Below, one piece after another: positions 31,291 to 43,402 of a DNA stretch of 64,000 nucleotides. The stretch is from the human T2T-CHM13v2.0 reference genome, Homo sapiens. The stretch lies in the NCBI RefSeq assembly GCF_009914755.1, contig NC_060947.1, one strand, 5' to 3'. Position 1 is the first letter of the stretch, and each line of letters begins with the position of its first letter. The notes under the pieces are model-generated. The model was given only the letters and a program-made list of their open reading frames with translations, had not been told where the DNA came from and ran no database searches. Both the position numbers and the translations under genes were made by a program.

Positions 31291-34200
31291 ATCAAGGCGT
31301 GGATTCTAACTCTTCTTCAGTGTTAACTTGCACATTAGTCTAGGATGTTGCTTGTGGGCTTTTGTTTGTAAGCTTGCTCTAAGAGATCAGGCACTTTGAA
31401 AAAAAAAAGGATTAAGAACTTCACCAAAAAGTAATTTATCTTAAAGTCTAGCCAAAGAAATCCATATAAATATTTCCTAACCATTTTTGAGAAGTGGGTA
31501 AAAGGATCAGAAATCAAGTGTGACATGTGGAACCAAGCATATTAGCAACTGATGTAGCTTGGCTTGCAGGAAATGTGCAAAAAAGAGAAAAGTTTCATTG
31601 TGATCGTGCAAAGGAGTATCTGTGCTTTGTCAACATCAATTTTGTGTAATGCCTTTACATTTCTAAAGCCCAGGAGATAACCTTGGACTATTAAAGCTAG
31701 GATTTTGCTGATAGGACATTAGAAGATGAAGCATTTCATGACACTGTTATTTAATTTGGAGAGAAAAGATAGACTTTGGAAATAAATTAAGACTACCACT
31801 TTCAACACTAAGAGGGTCAGAGCAAGGAGAAATTCTGGAAATGTTTTAGGATCGTGAGAGGCTTATACACCAGGGATCTGTGTGCAGACAGGAAGTGCAG
31901 ATCAAGACAGTAGCCTTGGGCTCTCGGCTGAACCCTGAATTAAGTAAGTGATAACAACACAGGACGAGGGCATGCTTTCTTTTCATTCCCCTCTTTTTTT
32001 TTTTTTAAATACATTCTTTCCTTCTTAGGTTAAAAGAAAGAAGATTTCAGTCCTTGAAAACAATCTTTTTTTTTTCCACTTATTAAGAACCTAGAGGAGA
32101 AAGGCAATTGTCCCATGCCTGTCCACTGGGGAAAGGAGACAACTGTTCATAATTTGCTGAGCTTGCAGCAGGAACACCATAAAATTAAACCAAGTAGAAG
32201 ACTAATTCCACTGTTGGGGACGGGGAAACATTCTAGTAAAGAAGCAACTTGTAAACTTGTAAAATGAGTCATATAAAGTGATGTCTCAAGAAAAATAACT
32301 AGTGATATGTAATTTAGGAAATGTAGATGCTTCGTCATTCTAAGAAAATTACTTTATGAATAAATGATACTCAAGGTCACAGTTGAGTGGCATGTCTGGA
32401 GGTATAAGTGGCTAAAACTAGCTGTACTTAAAGTAATAAAAAAGTATATTATGTTTCTATAAAGCTCTTGGTAATAAAAATCAGTAGGAATAAGCAAACC
32501 TAGGAAACATTTTGAAATAAGAGTAATTTGATATGGAGACCTCAATTTTCCAACTCAGGTCCTTTTTCTCCTTTTCTATTCATGTTGCTACCACAGCCCC
32601 TCCCTCGCCCCACCTCTCCCTTTGGCTCAATGCCCTCATATTCCTTATGCCTTCTGTATTCATTAATTCCCAATCTCAGATAGGAGTCTGAAACTCCAGC
32701 ACCTACAGTTATAAAAACTGACATGAGATGATCATATTTTACCTACCCATTTCCAGAATTGCATTTTAATAAAGATCAAAGATTAATGCTAAAGTAATGA
32801 TTTCACATGGCATTCAGGATTGTGGCCAGAAAGTGGGAATATGGAGGAAAGGGAGTTTGAGGAAGATAGGATCAATAAAAGGGTCTTAATGAAAACAAAC
32901 TACATTGAAAAAAAATCCCTTTTCTACATATTTGCACCAAGGGTACTATGTGCTTACTTCAGAAGGTAGAGTTTAGCCCTTCTAACAACCAACCAAGTTA
33001 AATCTGCTTTTCTCAAACAGCAAAGAAAGACAATTCTCTGCAATATCTTATTATGGTTTTTCTTTGTTAGTATCTTAAAAACACTTTAAATGGTAAAAGA
33101 GAAATTGCTTGTGGTTTAAACATCCAGAGGGCAAGATACTTTATCCTCAACTTTTTGATTTCTTCAAATACTTACAAATTATTCTCAGTAGAAAAATTAG
33201 ACTTATTTTCTTCACAAGTCTATGAGACAGACTACATAACATCTTAACATAAGTGGCCCTGTTGCATTTCAAATATCCAGTCATTGGAGCAATTGGTTGA
33301 TTTTGGCAGTCTCCATGACTAATGCATTAACTTCAACCTATCAAATGAACTAAAACCAAGTGTGTTTGAATATTTGGTCTACAGATAAGCCTACTGGGGG
33401 CATTCAAACCAATGAGATAGACTCGACTTTTCTGGTTCTTTCAGACTACATTCAGGGGAACGGTTGCACAACAGCTTATTAGAGCCAAGTCAAAAACATC
33501 CATTTCAAAAGTCTTCCTTTAAACAATATGCTATCTTTGCATTTTGCTAAATTTTGTTACTTGAAATTAAAAGCTCATTAGAAGCAAGTCTTCCCTGCAA
33601 ACTGACATATTCGATTACAGTCATCTGTTCTAGAGAACAGACTGCGTCTAGACAGAAGAATACCGCTGTGGCTTAGAAGGAACATGATGCGTTACAGCGG
33701 CTGATTCTTGGGCTGGGTGGTTGTTTTTATGATCTGCGTTGGGAACACCATGTGATAAACTATTTTGCAGCTTCCCAAATGTGTATAGGTATGAACAACC
33801 TCAATGGCTATAGCCATAAACAAAACAAGATTGAATTATGGCAATGTGGTGGCGATGGGGGAAAACACATTGGCCAAAGATAAATACGAAACGGCGGCAT
33901 TAAAAATGCAAAACAAAAGCAAACAAACCAAACCAGATTAATACAAATTAAAGCCAAGAGTCTACGCTTCATGGGATAAAGAATTCTAGCCTTTGTTCCA
34001 TGTTCCAGGATCTTAACAACTGTGTTTAGGGCAGGGAGTGTGGAGTTATTTATTCACATGTACATGGAATGGGAACAAGCAATTGGCTGCTTATAAGAAT
34101 TAAGCATCTGTCTTGGGAAGCTTCCTCTAAAACAGAGCTGTACTGAGTGCATACCATATGAAAGCAAATAGGCTAGGGGAATGCTGTTACAGAAATTTGT

Positions 34201-35099
34201 AAGAAAGCAGTCTTCATGTTTTTAAATGTTTAGGCTTAAATGCATGTCTAGCCTTTCAGCAAGCTACAACGCAGTAGAGATGTTTGATCTTATGAAGAAT
34301 CTCAGTTTAAATCAATTTCCTTACAGATGAGTTTACACATGCGATAAATCACACATGCTTTGCAAAGCTATTGCCAGTATGTAAGAAAAGGATTCTGCTC
34401 CACCCCCGCCCTGCACCCCACCAACCCTTGAAATTGGTCATCATTTTGAGACTGAAAATGCAATCATTGTCAATTTTCTGGTTTCCATGGCTTAGAAATC
34501 TGAGAAGGCAGGGGTTCATTTCTTAGTAAATTTGCCCCCTAGGTTAGAGAAGGAAGACGCAAATGAAAGGAGAGGACATGGCTCATGGTGGTTGCTAAGA
34601 AACATGCAACTGAACACAGGCTGCCCCTTAATAATGGCCAGAGGGGGTGTGAGCTGTGATAACATCGGCCATGATAGCTCTGCCTCCTGGCCCAGCAGGG
34701 GCCACTGCTGTGGGTAAAATGAAAAGGAAGGCAGTCTTGTTAGGGAAAATGTAAGAAGACCTGGAAAGGGAAATGAAAGCCTGAGGCCCTTTGCACACTG
34801 AGATGGTGCTACAGGTGCCCTGAGGGAAAAGGCATGCTTTGTGTTATTTTCTACTAGTAATGAAGGTGGCTGGGATTAGGAATGATTCACATGCTGCTAC
34901 TTGCTCACCTGGTAGCTGACAGCTCTTCTTTGAAAGACCTGGGTCCTGTGAATTAATTTATCACCCTGTTCTTGACTTAATGAGCCTCAACAAAAGGAGA
35001 AAGGGAGCTTAGCTCTGACCAAGTGAGCTAACTAGCCCCCAAATAGCTATAATATAGACATATTATGCCACTGACATGATCAGCACAGCCCAGAAGTCC

Positions 35100-35790
35100 A
35101 TAATGCAGTCTCTGGGGTCTGGGTGCAAGTCCTAATCTTTCTAGTTGGTGACCTTGGGTGAGTTACATACACTCCTTAAGCCTTGGAGTCCTCATTGTGT
35201 TTAATAGGGGCAGAATAATGTAACCTACATGCATGCTTATTTTCAGCCCGACGCCACCTCTCCCTGTCTACTAGCAACAGACTCCCCTCTCTTAATTTTA
35301 GGGAAATCCCTAGCCAACATATGTTTCCAGAGGGGTCTGCCAGTGAGAATCCAAACACTCCCACCAAAACCCACTCCACTTCAGCTACAGTAATTGGTCC
35401 AATGGATGACAATGACTCAGACCAGGCTGATCAGAATCCTGCCATTGGGATTTAAAAACTAGATTGAAATAAAAGTTCAAGTATGACCAGGGGAAACACT
35501 TTTTTCCCAGTGATGAAGCTGCTAGAGCTACTGTTAACCACATTTCCTATCAGTGGATAAAGCTGGACTACAGAGGAAGAGAATGACAGTGACAAGTAAA
35601 GACATGCAAAAATGGAAGAATGAAACTCTTAAGGTCATTTGAATACCTGACTCCAGTTCCTGAGTTCTCCAGGACCATCCTGGTTCTCACCTCGCAAAGA
35701 TCTAGAGGATGTTTAGATGAGAAAATGCATGTAAATGCAGTACAGTGCCTGGTACAGAAGATTTAATAAATGTTTAAATTATTACTATTG
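35100..35790 (+). mobile_element. MIR split by an LTR (pieces ~35100-35228 and ~35688-35790)
   Basis: GTGACCTTGGGTGAGTTAC 5' core; ATGAGAAAATGCATGTAAA...CAGTGCCTGGTACAG...AATAAATG 3' part. Confidence 0.72.
35230..35687 (+). mobile_element. Old ERVL-MaLR LTR (MLT1K/L-like)
   Basis: CTACAGTAATTGGTCCAATGGATG...TGACTCAG...ATCAGAATCCT...TGGGATTT resembles the MLT1K/L motif. Confidence 0.55.
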
Positions 35791-36409
35791 AGTGGGGAAG
35801 AATCATTCTTCCTCTCTCATGCTTGGATGAAAAAATTCTTGGAAGAGCTGCTTCTCCCCACCTCATTTGTTAACTGAGCCCCACAGAAAGTGGCATGCCC
35901 AGGATGCAGGAAAGGGGGCACAGTGTGACTGCGGAGTGGTGATCTGCAGCCGAGTGGCATTGCTGACAAGCAGACATCACCCTATCCTACCATCTGACTC
36001 ACAGAAGTAAGTTGCTTCAATTGCCTAGATGTTCCAGCCTCCAAATGGCCTCATTCTTAGCTGTAAAGAATTCCAAGTTTTCACCAAATTAAATGCAAAC
36101 AGTAAAAAGAGAAGCGCTCAACAGAAGCATTACAAAGATGAGGTTCTGGCCCTGCTTCTGCCACTTGTAAGTTAAAGGCAGAGCGTTATGTTTGTAGCAA
36201 CCCTTTAAGAAGTGGTAAAAATGGAGTTTTCCATGTGTGTTTACAGCACTTTTGGGAAGATCACATCTTTTGACATGTGTGAACTGTAGAGACATTGAGA
36301 ATGTATGAAGAATTGTTATTATTTTCCTAGAGGGGCAGAGAAGAATTGGTGTTGTGACTGGGGTCATTTCTACACATGTAAAGAAGGGGGTTGAATCAAA
36401 GATTTAGCC

Positions 36410-36720
36410 CATCAATTAACATATTGAGCATCTTCTGTGTGTTACACTGGGTTGTGTTACAACCACGGTTCTTGTGATGTTCAGAGTCTGTTCACCGAAA
36501 CAGACCCAGAGACGAGAACTAAGAGAGCAATGAAATCCCAGAAGAAGAAACGATGACTTAAGTCTGGGAGGAGGCCAGGGAAGGAGACACGAAAGAGCTA
36601 ATATTTGATACGGGTTTTGACTGTTCACTGGGTAGAGAAGAGGCGGCATTCCTGAGCAGAGATAATTATGCTCAAGGAGTCAAGGTGGTGGGAAAGTGCA
36701 GAGTATGCTTGGGAAGAGCC
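36410..36720 (-). mobile_element. L2 relic
   Basis: ATATTGAGCATCTTCTGTGTG reverse L2 tail and downstream purine-rich L2-like sequence. Confidence 0.5.
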
Positions 36721-37559
36721 AGAGAGACAATGTGGATTGTGACTAAAACACAAGATGTATTGACGTAGCAGCCTTAACCTTCTTCTGGAACAGACATAGC
36801 TAAGGGCTGTTGTACTCCTCGAGATCTCAATACAATTGACTTGATACCTTATGGCCACACCCACTACCAATTTTTAGGCTTGTGCAAATCCAAAACCAAG
36901 ATTTCTGGGAAATTCCAGTGGGTTTCTATTTCCAAGGTTGTTCAGCTCTCTGGAACATGCACATTCGACCATTGCCTTTTTGATTTTTGCCTGAAATTCT
37001 GCACCTTCAATTTCTATCCCAATAAAATCATTCACATACCTTAACTCACATTCCTGAGTTTAGGAGTCTTTTCTGAAGATTTTGGTCTGTCAAATTGCAG
37101 CCTTCCACCATTTTCCTAGCCACACACTCTGGTTTCCCATTATAGACTCCTTTGGGAATCCAAATTCTTCTTTTCTGTATGAGGCAGAGAAGAATTATCT
37201 TCTGTCCATCTAGGGGCAAAACCTGTTCCTCCACTTGTCTTATGCCCAGTGGTTTAGAAATGGATTTTTGTTGTTTGAACAGGCATTTTGGATCTCACAG
37301 TCCACTTTACTTTAATAAGTAAGTATTATTATTATTATATATATTACGATTATAATATATATTATGTATATTACTATTATAAAGTAGCTTAAAAGCTACT
37401 TTAATAAGTAGCTTATTAAAAATACTTCTCTAATGAGAATTCCGATACCTACAAAGGTAGTCACAAGTTTTCCATCACTCCACAGACAAGACAAAATTTA
37501 CTAAATGAAAATAGCGTGAGTTGCTATGGAGAAGGTGAGAGGTGATGGAAAGAAGAAAT

Positions 37560-37860
37560 GGCTTGGGAGAGAGTCGTGGTTGCACAGCCAACGCTGTTGA
37601 TACCCAGCTACGCAGAGGGAGGGGAGCCATTGAAGGCTTTGGAACTTGGGAGTTTGGTGTTCAATTTATGTGTTAGTGGGGTCAGCATGAAGACAGGTTG
37701 AAGACTGGATGTGATGGGGGAGAGACTAGACGAAGGAAGAGCAGTCTGAGGCCATCATAATAGTTGAGGACAGAACTGATGAGGATTAGCATGACAGTGA
37801 GAGCTCATGCCGTGGCAGCTGGAAAATGAGTTCTATAGAAATCTATGAGTCAGAGGATTC
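37560..37860 (-). mobile_element. L2 relic
   Basis: GGGGAGCCATTGAAGGCTTT...GAGACTAGA...GGAAGAGCAGT is typical reverse L2. Confidence 0.6.
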
Positions 37861-39823
37861 AAAAACATTCACAGCTCATTTTCAATTCAAATATTTGTGA
37901 ATTTCAAGGGAGAGCAACCCTTCCAAAGTTACAGCCTCATGTGCTCATTTAAGTGATACACACATTTTCTTAATCAGGGGAAGGGATATGAGTAATAAAC
38001 TTAATCAATGATTGGTGATTTTTGAAATCAATTTTGAATATTATTTCACATGTTTTAATTTTTTAGAAGTCTATTTGGTTTGACTATTTGAGACAGTCAT
38101 GAAAACTTTCTTAGGTCTTTTTGTGATCTCAAATTCATCTTTGTCGTAGCCTATTAATTTACTGCAGACATAACTTTCCATTTACCTAATAAATGACAAT
38201 TTGTGTTGTGTGTTTTTAAAAATTTTCTCCTATGCCTTGAACTCATTTCTGAATGGAAGTCTTCCTATCTCATTAACTTCCCTGTTGTGTGTATTTAGAA
38301 TCCACTCATTACGTGTTCCTTCTTTCCAACCCCAAATTTGTGAAAATTCTTTTATGAAAAGACATGCTTATGCATTTAAGATTACACATGCCTTCTAAAA
38401 ATTCCTCACATTATATCTATGCTCCTTCAAAACCATAAGCTACAAACACTAGGTCTGATCATACAGGGGAAATAAGAGGGACTTCTTTTTCTTTCTTTCT
38501 TTCTTTTTTTTTTCTAGGCATGTCAATTTTCAATCTTCTGGGATCCATTTAGTGAGCTGGAGATGATAATGGTTCATGAGATGCTAGCAGCCCAAATCAT
38601 TAGGAGCTTATATAGTCTTTCTGTCCTGGGACTAATATATTTTTGTTGACAACTGGCTCCAGCTTCTCCCACCCAGCTGGCCTTTCTCCTGTTTATTGTC
38701 CCTGGGGCCTCCCTCGAAGCAACCCTACTGTTCTCAGGCCCCAGCCCATCTAGCAGGCTGTCATGATGCTCAGACACAGAGTCAGCAGCAGCAGGGCTAG
38801 GTTCAATTCCCAGCACTCTTCCACAGGATAGAGAACAATTAAATGTGAAAACTCACCTTTGATTTATTAGGTATACTTTGTGGAGTCTGAAATGAAACAA
38901 GTCGAGATAGTTCAAGTCTACATTGCTCACATTAAAGATTTATATACAATTCCAACCAACTCAGGAAAAGGTCTGAGCTATAGATAACTGCATATTTATA
39001 GGTTGTTGATGTCTTTGCATTGAGGTAAACTTTTCTCTTAAGTTATATGAATTAACTGTAATGTTGGGTAGTCATCACCTGAGAAATTTATTGTTATGAA
39101 TTAATCCGACCCCAAAAGCTAGGAGGAACTATAATCATTATGATAAAGTGATTGAATGGAAGACAAAATAGGGTTCAGGGAGATGTAAAACTAATTTCAA
39201 GGTTATCAATATACGCATTGGTGATTGTGTAGCATGTATGCGATGTCATCCCAAAGAAGAATAACTTAATCTACTGTGTGCAGTAGATAATGGGTTGTAA
39301 GCTAAACAGGGGTCTGACCTCTAGTACTTTAAACCCCATTAATTAAATCTGTGCCAGGGAAACCTAGGAAAGCATGTTAGTATCATGGATGGGGGGACAC
39401 ACACAAATGCTGTCATAAGGCAAGATAGTCTTTGGTACTGCTATTTTAAGGATCCCTTCTTTCTACTGCTTCTCTGCAGCCAGCTCTGGAATGATGTATA
39501 TTTCTCATTTCTTCAGGGTATATTATTTCTGGAAGGTTCTAAGGTCATCCTTGTGCATAGCTGCACTGCATAGTGTGGAGTGCTTTGTATATCTTAATTG
39601 CCAGAAATGCCTTTGTTAATAGCCCACTATCTCCCTATCCTCTCTTCCAACATTGTCTGAAATTTCCATCAAGGAGGTTCTTCCCTGATATTTGACAAGA
39701 CCTAAAAGAGTTTTGTTTCCAAGACACTCATAAACTGCAGACACTACATGGAAGAGTAAGGCACAAATGGGCCAAGCAGAGATGTCATCACTAGAAAGGA
39801 ATGAGCCTGAGGAGAAGACCAGC

Positions 39824-39970
39824 ACGTTGCTGCTCAAAATATAGCCCATGGACCAACAGCGTCAGCATCTCCTGGGAGCTTGGTAGAAACACAGAACCTC
39901 AAACCCCACCCTGCTGAGTCAGAGCATGCCTTTTACCAGGATGGTTTATGTGCACACGAAATTTAGTACT
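39824..39970 (+). mobile_element. MER5A/MER5A1 relic
   Basis: GGACCAACAGCGTCAGCATCTCCTGGGAGCTTGGTAGAAA. Confidence 0.75.
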
Positions 39971-40047
39971 CACCTTGAAGAAAGAGGGGCAGCACTGTTA
40001 GGAACACAGATGGCCAGGCCAAGATGACACAAGAGATGATTGAAGAT

Positions 40048-40486
40048 TGTATTAGGCTGCTTTTGCATTGCTATAAAGAAATACCTGAGGCTGGGTAACC
40101 TATAAAGACAAGAGGTTTGATTGGCTCATGGTCCTACAGGCTGTACAGAAAGCATGGTGCCGATGTCTGTTCAGCCTCTTGAGTGGCTTCAGGAAGCTTA
40201 CAGTCATACGGAAAGCAAAGGGGAAGAAGCACGTCACTTGGCTAAAGCAGGAGTGAGAGTGAGAAAGTGAGAAAGAGGGAGAGGCAGGGAGATGCCACAC
40301 ACTTTTAAACAGTCAGCTCTTGAGAGAAGTCACTATCACAAGGACAGCACCAAAGAGATGGTGCTAAACCATTCATGAGAAGTCCACCCTCATGATCCAG
40401 TTGCCTCCAACCAGTCCCCACCTCCAATACTGGGGATTACAATCCAACATGAGATTTGGGCGGGGACACATATCCAAACTATATCA
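40048..40486 (-). mobile_element. MSTA solo LTR (ERVL-MaLR)
   Basis: TGTATTAGG...CAAACTATATCA ends; perfect 5-bp TSD AAGAT at 40043-40047 and 40487-40491. Confidence 0.92.
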
Positions 40487-40539
40487 AAGATAAACAAGCT
40501 ATTTTGCCAAAGACTCTTCTGGAGCAATATTCTACCCAC

Positions 40540-40700
40540 TGGTTCCCAAAGCAGTTTGACCATCTGATTCATTGCTTACAACTATACATTTCAAGATCAC
40601 ACCCCGGAGATTCATATTTCACTGATCTGAGGAGGGGCCCAAGAACCTCCATTTTTTAGCAAGCACCTGGGTGATTTTCCTGTAACTGGCTGGTATTTGA
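40540..40700. mobile_element. MER5-family relic
   Basis: GGAGATTC...GATCTGAGGAGGGGCCCAAGAA...CATTTTTTAGCAAGCACCTGGGTGATT. Confidence 0.6.
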
Positions 40701-40853
40701 ATCTTCTACAGATTCAACTAGCTACTCTTCAGCCTCCTGAGTGGTCACAGAAGTTTTCATACTCTAATCTCTAATGTGAGCTTAGAAAAAAAAGACCTTG
40801 ATATATAAAAATCAGAAGGAGATGAGTCGTGGAAGGAACTGCTGCTTGTTCTA

Positions 40854-41302
<449 letters not shown>

Positions 41303-41492
41303 TTATAGACCTACATTTGGTGTTGCCCTGACTAGAGTAATCCAAGACAGCTGATGAGGTGTGAGTCTTTATTTAGAAGCATATTTGTGAACACGTTGAG
41401 GGGAAAATAAAACGATTTAGAATGTGGGGTGGGCAGAGGGTTGTGTCCTCAGTATCACAATAGTGCTTGATTCTGTTGTTGTGATCTTATCA

Positions 41493-41855
<363 letters not shown>

Positions 41856-41873
41856 TCACTTAGACATTTCTTA

Positions 41874-42194
<321 letters not shown>

Positions 42195-42303
42195 AAGGGT
42201 CTTCATTGTCTGAAATAAAAAGGAAATTTCAAGCCCCATTTTTGGTCAACTGTCAGCATTTGCCCTCTTTGGCCCCTCTTAAGGTTTCAGAAGAAACACC
42301 CAC

Positions 42304-42716
42304 TGATATGGTTTAGATATTGTCCCCTCCAAATCTCATGCCGAAATGTGACCCCCAATATTGGAGGAACCCAGTAGGAGGTGGATCATGCGGGTGGATC
42401 ACTCAAGAATGGCTTAGCACTATCCCCTTGGTGATAAGTGACTCCTTGCTCAGTTAGTTCACATGAGATCTGGTTGTTTAAAACAGTCTGGGACCTCCCC
42501 CTTCTCTCTCTTGCTCCCTCTCTTGCCATGTGACATGGCTGCTCTCCCTTCCTCTTCCACCATGACTGTAAGCTTCCTCAGGCCCTCACTGGAAGCAGAT
42601 GCTGGCACCATGCTTCCTGTACAGCCTGCAGAACTGTGAGCCTAAATACATTTATTTTCCCTATAAATTACCTAGTCTCAGGTATTCCTTTAGAGCAATG
42701 CAAACAGACTAACATG
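42304..42716 (+). mobile_element. MSTB solo LTR (ERVL-MaLR)
   Basis: TGATATGGTTT...CAAATCTCATG; AAGCAGATGCTGGCACCATGCTTCCTGTACAGCCTGCAGAAC; TSD C(C/T)CAC. Confidence 0.9.
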
Positions 42717-42850
42717 CTCACCTCTCCACAGTGTCCACTCCTCTCCTCAAGTCATAGGAAGCCAGGGAGCTTCTCTTGTAAGGAAACTTGCTTCACATAC
42801 CAGCAGAGTTTGGAAATAGTTTTCTTTACTCCAAAGAAGCCAAGGTAAGA

Positions 42851-43042
42851 AGTATAGTGCAGGGGGCAAGCATGCGAATTCTTGTGTCAGTCTACCTACT
42901 TCGAATCCTACTCAATTCTTAAAAGCTATGACACCTTAGGCAGGTTACCCAGAGTTCCTGTGCCTCACATTGGTACCTAAAAAATGGGATAATCATAATA
43001 CCTGTGTCACAGAACTGTTGAGAGGATTAAATGAGAAAATAC
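42851..43042 (+). mobile_element. MIR
   Basis: TTCGAATCC B-box; CCTTAGGCAGGTTAC; CTGTGCCTCA; AAATGGGATAAT; GAGGATTAAATGAGA. Confidence 0.85.
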
Positions 43043-43351
43043 AGGGCCATCTTTCTGGTAGATAAAGCATTGTCAATCTGGTAGATAGCCCCAAATAGCC
43101 TATTTGCCTAGAATCCTGCAAGAGCCCATGGAAGCCAACTGCCTAGATACCTTCTTTCTTGGCCTCCTTATTTTCCAGATTTCTCCATCCCCTGCATGGA
43201 AACTGGTACTCAAGGGTGACGTTGCTCTGTAGTGTAGCCTATTAGGTGAGGACAGGTTTTTCTACCTCTCTTGCTTACCTCATCTCTCAGAGTCTTGACC
43301 CTACTATGGTTTTCTCTTAAAAAAATTCTTGAAATGACTTTTCTAATTTCA

Positions 43352-43402
43352 AGTTATAACACATCTGAAATTAACTTGCCCAGTTACAACACATCTGAAA
43401 TT
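43352..43402. repeat. 21-bp direct repeat with 30-bp period
   Basis: AGTTA(T/C)AACACATCTGAAATT at 43352-43372 and 43382-43402. Confidence 0.92.

Noticed and set aside
30949-34710. Weaker CTCF-like strings at ~30949 (CCACCAGAGGTGGC) and ~34692 (CCAGCAGGGGCCAC)
   Set aside because: Each breaks the core spacing or a conserved G.
38785-38820. GGTTCAATTCC B-box / tRNA T-loop-like motif
   Set aside because: No cloverleaf, acceptor stem or convincing A-box; more likely a SINE relic or chance.
43041-43260. Possible hAT-Tip100-type MITE starting CAGGGCCATC
   Set aside because: Could not confirm a matching second TIR or TSD by eye.
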